DNA of 63,892 nucleotides, filler included, from Aduncisulcus paluster (taxonomy: Eukaryota): NCBI GenBank assembly GCA_024181965.1. It is 6 parts of 6 records of this genome, joined end to end, with 100 filler letters (N's around TTAATTAATTAA, not from the genome) between each part and the next. Parts side by side here need not be neighbours in the genome. Positions count along the whole stretch, not along the records: positions 59,301 to 63,892 come from BQXS01011025.1; 5 more parts are not named here. One strand, given 5' to 3'. Within the stretch, counting starts at the first letter, position 1. Each line of letters starts with the position of its first letter. A program made the position numbers and the translations under genes. Of this stretch, positions 59,395 through 63,892 are shown one piece after another. Under the pieces are notes generated by a model. It did no database searches and was not told where the DNA came from. It saw nothing but the letters and a program-made list of their open reading frames with translations.

Positions 59395-59496
59395 GTTTTC
59401 TAGCAGGGTTTAATAAAAAATTTTCAGCAATATCTATCAATCGTTATAAAATTGATCAATTTATGGTAGAATGCGATAAAGCTTACGTACAATTTA

Positions 59497-60852
59497 TTAA
59501 TAAACGAACACATCATAGTCGGTTCTATAAATAGATCCTCTGAGAACCTGCAAGGATACCACATCATACTCTTCCAGCATACTACTCCATCGAATTGGAG
59601 TGAAGCGAGGACGGCGAATACTGAAGATTGAGAGAAGATTGTCATTCTCAGGATTATGGCTGCTTAAGGACCGATTATAATCATTAAGAAATTGAGGTAC
59701 CAGCTCAAAGAAATAGTCCAAGTATTTTTCAACTATTGAATTGAGTATATGTGACAAACATGGAATCCATTTCCGACCAAAACCCTCCTCAACAAGTTCG
59801 CATCCGATGAATTCCATTAATGGTTCTCGGTCAGTTATAATAAAATGTACTTGCGATTTTTTTATACCTAATCTTATAAATTCTGCAATCAAGTCATGTG
59901 TCAATTTTCTTTTTGGCGACTCCATTAATCTGTGAATTCTCTCGGGACAATACGACAACGAACATCTTAAATGAGAAATTAAATATCTTATTGAATCTTC
60001 TTTTGGAATAAAATGGTCACCATTTTTCTGAGAGCCTTGGCAAAGATTTGTTCTCTTTTCAGCAATTTCAGAATATTCGATTTCTCTTGCCAGAATATCG
60101 CCGTATTCTTTATCCTTAGTTTCCCCTAAATCAATAAAAGAAATAGCATTCGGTTTCATTCTATGGGCTAATATTCCCAATATGTTTTTTCCACGCGTTC
60201 TTAACTTATCAAGTATTATAGAAAATGTTCCCCCAGCGAATACTTGATCTTTTGTTGCTTTAGTAGCAGCTTCAGCAATACGATGTGCTGCCGAATAACA
60301 CGAAGATTTTTTAAATTCTACGTGTTCTATACTAGCCTTGATAATTGATTGTATTTTTGGCGTTAGGAATTTTGGAAGAAGATTGACAGAGATCCCAATA
60401 CTTAATGCATGTTTAATAATCGAATCTCTAATAAATTTCTTTAGTTGAATTGAATCATTGATCGATTGGGCGGGCTGTTTTGATTTCCACTGGTAATAAT
60501 GTTTGTCAGAGCAAACATGATAAGCCAAACCTTTTTGCGTTTTAAGCATCGATTGGCATATTGTACACCAATAAACTTCTTCATCCGGATCGGAATTTAA
60601 TTGAATATTTTCTTTAATATCCTTTTCAATGGTCTTAAGAATTTCGGACTTTTTTTGGGATTTTTCTATTTTCCATATTCGTTTATATTTTGCCCATAAC
60701 TTTTCACCTTTATAATTAGTATTAAATATTAGTTTGATATTTTCAAACATATTTCGTTGTCCAATGCTTATTTTGGCAAAATGTGAAAAAACAAAAAAAT
60801 GTCTCTGGAATCTTGATTTTTTGGTTTTACATCGAGCCATTGAAATATTCAT
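59497..60852 (-). mobile_element. hAT-like transposase, C-terminally truncated
   Basis: Zinc finger YWCTICQ...LAYHVCSDKH, FSIILD (first D), FIITD (second D), WIPCLSHILN (CxxH) and TPIRWSS (RW motif). It stops before the catalytic Glu and dimerisation region. Confidence 0.8.
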
Positions 60853-61382
60853 ATTAATTAAGAAAAATGATTAATATTTATTATAATATTACTGATATAT
60901 TAAACATGACAAATTTTGTTGGACCCTATGCTCCAATATGTAAAATCAAGTAATCCAGTTGATGTAATAACGAAAATTAATTTATTCTTGATATATATCC
61001 ATCCAAATAGCCGAACTTCCGAACATACTCCCAATATGTTCATATTAGGCTATTATTGAATAGACTCGTCTGAAAGAATCAATACTTATTAGTGAAAAAG
61101 AGCACTGCCCATGAGAACTTCTCAAAAAGTATTGATACTTTTTTTGGCAAAAAATCGTGAATCAACGAACCACTGGTTGAATTTGGCAATTTCCGATCCT
61201 CGAGAAAAATGAACGAATTGATGTCAAGAAGTAGATTAATAGGACACTTGTATCAGTTAGATCGAACATAGTCAGCAGTCCCCACAAAGAAAGATCATTA
61301 ACCAAAGTTGGATATTCAATCCCACGGGCACCAAAGCACTTAATCTGCTCGGAAAGTACTTGATATCGCCATATGACATGGA

Positions 61383-63892
61383 TTACACGATAGTACAATG
61401 ACTTTTAGCTATTTTTTCCTTCTTAGCAAGTTCTTTCATTATGAACATGAAAGATTCACTTGGAGAGATATTTTCCCTCTCTAAATCTTCCAAGATTTCA
61501 CCTTGACTCTTCTTTACATCACCTTCCGTGATTGCCTTAGCGATAAGAATCATCAAACAACGTAATTCCTGCACTGTTTCATCATACAGGTCAAGCAAAG
61601 CTTTGTATTCTGGATGTTCTCTGCAAGAACCAGAATAATCTAAATATTCCGTCGAAGAAGATGCAGCAGTGGCCGTTGGCACTGATAATTTAAATGGATC
61701 CTTTGGTTTATCATCCATAGCAAATGGATCTATATCAGAGGCCTTATGAGCATACTGAGAAGAATGACCGGATGGTGAAGGAGAGCGTGAACTTGAACGA
61801 GGAGAACGAGGAGAACGAGGAGAACGAGGAGATTGTGGGGATGAAATGAAGGAAGAAGAGAGCGGTTGAGAGAGAGAAATAAGATCAGAGTGAGCAAGTC
61901 TAGTTCCTGCCACAGTACCTCGACGACTGGCCACACTGAATCGGGCACTCCTTCTTTTGAGAGTAACATTCGCTTTCATCTTCTCACGGCTATTAATAGG
62001 AATGGCAACAGATTTAAAGGTAACTTTCGGACGATACTTTGAAGATACATCCGATCCAGCCTGAGAAACAAGACCCTTCTGGGTGTCTTTGAGAGTAGAT
62101 AATTCATTCTCAAGAGTATTCTTTTCTTCTTGAGTTTGGAGAAGAGTTTGTTTCATGTTCTTCATGACAGTTTTCAATTGAGATATGTATTCCTTGAGTT
62201 CTTCAATAGATTCCTCTTCTTCTTGTGCTTCTTTGGCTGGTTCTTCTTCTTTTGGAGCACAACTTGGTTGCTCTTCACCTGGGGTTTCATTAACATCATC
62301 TTTTGATAAAGAATCAATTATAGGTTTAACGGCAACAATAGTCGGCTGAATGACTTCTTCTTTCTCAATATCTATTTTGGGATCGGTCATCGTTGAGCTC
62401 TGATCCTCAGCGAAGTCTTTTGACAAAGCAATGGAGGCGGATTCGGTAACAACACTTTCTTTACCCTCAACAACAGATCCAGAATTCTTCAGGTTACCAT
62501 CTTCCTTCTTTTGGATTGTGCTTGTTTGAGAGGCATAAAAAGCTTCTTTGGTGGCAGAAAACTCTTTAATCTCATCGTTCAATTGTCTTTTCGCAGTTTC
62601 AACCTGAATTTGAAGATCGTTGGATACTCGAATAAGTTCAGAAACACGAATCCGTTCTTCCTCGAGTGTTTTGCTTTGCTGTGATACTGATTCTTCGTGA
62701 TTTTTCCGAGAGATGTCAAGAGATTCCAATTCTTTGTCCAACATAGAACGAGTTTCTTGTAATTGTTGTTTTTGCTCATCGAATTGTGCAAGGCCAAGCT
62801 CCTGTTGTTTCTCAAAAATAGTTCTATTTTGAGCAATCTTCTCTTCCTCCAAAGCTACATTTCTTTCGCGATCACTGAGTTTGAGTTCACTAACTTTGAG
62901 TGTTTCTTGGAGAGCGTTCATTTCTTTTTCAAATGAAATTAGCTGCTTTTCCCTCTCAGAACAGCTTAAAATTCTCTCTTCAAGGTCTTCCCGATTGGAA
63001 TTTAACTCAGCCATATGAATTTGATACTCCGATTGTTGTCGGGTCAAATCGATAAGCTGTTTATCGAGCTGCTTACGATCACTCAATACTTTCATCTCAT
63101 CATTGTGGCACGATTCTTCCCTCGCTTGAAGTTCTTCAGTGGCTTGCGATAATTGCAATGATAGTTTAGATAGTTTCTCAGATCTTTTTTTAGCATCTTC
63201 TTCACGATTGGTCATCAATTCTTCTTCGAGGCGTAGTTTTTCCTCTCTTTCCTTCAAATCTCTTGTTTTACGTTCAAGAAGTTGCTTAGCTGTTTCATTC
63301 TCTTCTTCTTTCCTCCTATTTTCGCTGATATTTTCAGCTAATTCCTCTTCTTTCTTTATCACATCAAGTTCACGTTGTTTCACAAGAGACTCTCTTTCGG
63401 CCAAGGATGCATTACGACTCTCAACTTCAATTCTAAAAGAATCGAGTTTAGCCAACTTTGCTTTCTCCTCTTCTCCAAGTTCTTGGGCACGAGAATCAAG
63501 AATCTCGATTTCTCTCAATTTTTCGTCAACTTTTTTCAGTTTTTTCTCAAGATCATTTCTCTTTTGTGATATCTCAGCATTGTTTGTTTTCATAGTATCA
63601 ATAAAATCAGATTCACGGCTGTCAAACTCTGATATTCTTAGTTTTAATTCAGCCTCTTTTCCACAATATTCTTTTTCTCTGTCATTAAGAGAAGTCTCAA
63701 GGTTCTTCAACGTGGTTTCTTTCTCTTTAATCGAACACTCTCGCTGAAGGGCAGCATCGGCATCATCTGCCTTCTTCTTGGAGAAATCTCTCTGAGCATG
63801 AGTCAATTCATCAAGTTCTTTCTCAATTTCCTGCTCTTGGGTTTCAAATTCTGCAAGTTTTTTAGCAATCTCAGACCTTTGTTGCTCAATTT
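61383..63892 (-). CDS. Long coiled-coil protein, 5'-partial
   Basis: Frame open to the window end, with extended E/K/Q-rich heptads and a (SPR)n repeat near the C-terminus. Confidence 0.8.
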   Translation of the reverse strand, partial: IEQQRSEIAKKLAEFETQEQEIEKELDELTHAQRDFSKKKADDADAALQRECSIKEKETTLKNLETSLNDREKEYCGKEAELKLRISEFDSRESDFIDTMKTNNAEISQKRNDLEKKLKKVDEKLREIEILDSRAQELGEEEKAKLAKLDSFRIEVESRNASLAERESLVKQRELDVIKKEEELAENISENRRKEEENETAKQLLERKTRDLKEREEKLRLEEELMTNREEDAKKRSEKLSKLSLQLSQATEELQAREESCHNDEMKVLSDRKQLDKQLIDLTRQQSEYQIHMAELNSNREDLEERILSCSEREKQLISFEKEMNALQETLKVSELKLSDRERNVALEEEKIAQNRTIFEKQQELGLAQFDEQKQQLQETRSMLDKELESLDISRKNHEESVSQQSKTLEEERIRVSELIRVSNDLQIQVETAKRQLNDEIKEFSATKEAFYASQTSTIQKKEDGNLKNSGSVVEGKESVVTESASIALSKDFAEDQSSTMTDPKIDIEKEEVIQPTIVAVKPIIDSLSKDDVNETPGEEQPSCAPKEEEPAKEAQEEEESIEELKEYISQLKTVMKNMKQTLLQTQEEKNTLENELSTLKDTQKGLVSQAGSDVSSKYRPKVTFKSVAIPINSREKMKANVTLKRRSARFSVASRRGTVAGTRLAHSDLISLSQPLSSSFISSPQSPRSPRSPRSPRSSSRSPSPSGHSSQYAHKASDIDPFAMDDKPKDPFKLSVPTATAASSSTEYLDYSGSCREHPEYKALLDLYDETVQELRCLMILIAKAITEGDVKKSQGEILEDLERENISPSESFMFIMKELAKKEKIAKSHCTIV

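Noticed and set aside
59404-60928. Possible hAT TIRs (CAGGGTTTAA / TAGGGTCCAA)
   Set aside because: The match is weak and there is no 8-bp TSD.
1-63892. Alternative genetic code (TAA/TAG = Gln, as in hexamitid diplomonads)
   Set aside because: SEC23, BBS1, RSL1D1 and others end in TAA at the expected C-terminus, long ORFs have no internal TAR, and most apparent 5' in-frame stops are explained by introns.

Overview
Eukaryotic, gene-dense, AT-rich protist DNA using the standard genetic code. It has short GTATGT...AG spliceosomal introns, cilium genes (BBS1, C11orf65/MFI-like) and a glycogen-metabolism DPE2. The overall style and the kinase architecture suggest a free-living fornicate (Carpediemonas-like organism such as Aduncisulcus); this is an inference, not a database result. 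The window is not contiguous. Five artificial 100-nt linkers (44 N + TTAATTAATTAA + 44 N) join six pieces whose linkage is unproven, and four 20-N gaps carry duplicated flanks that falsely split genes. Recognisable genes are SEC23, BBS1, C11orf65/MFI-like, DPE2 (2xCBM20+GH77), RSL1D1-like, TMEM181-like, a three-exon protein kinase, and a ~7,040-aa divergent TRRAP/Tra1-like gene rebuilt from three ORFs. The mobile-element content is the most interesting part: an apparently complete 4,235-bp two-gene CMC (EnSpm/Plavaka-like) DNA transposon with CACAG TIRs, a TT target-site duplication and subterminal repeats, sitting among TACAACTGAA repeats; a truncated hAT transposase; and a gene made of a Sola-type transposase N-terminal module fused to a Ser/Pro-rich tail (candidate domesticated DNA-binding regulator). 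All family assignments come from motif recognition by eye.
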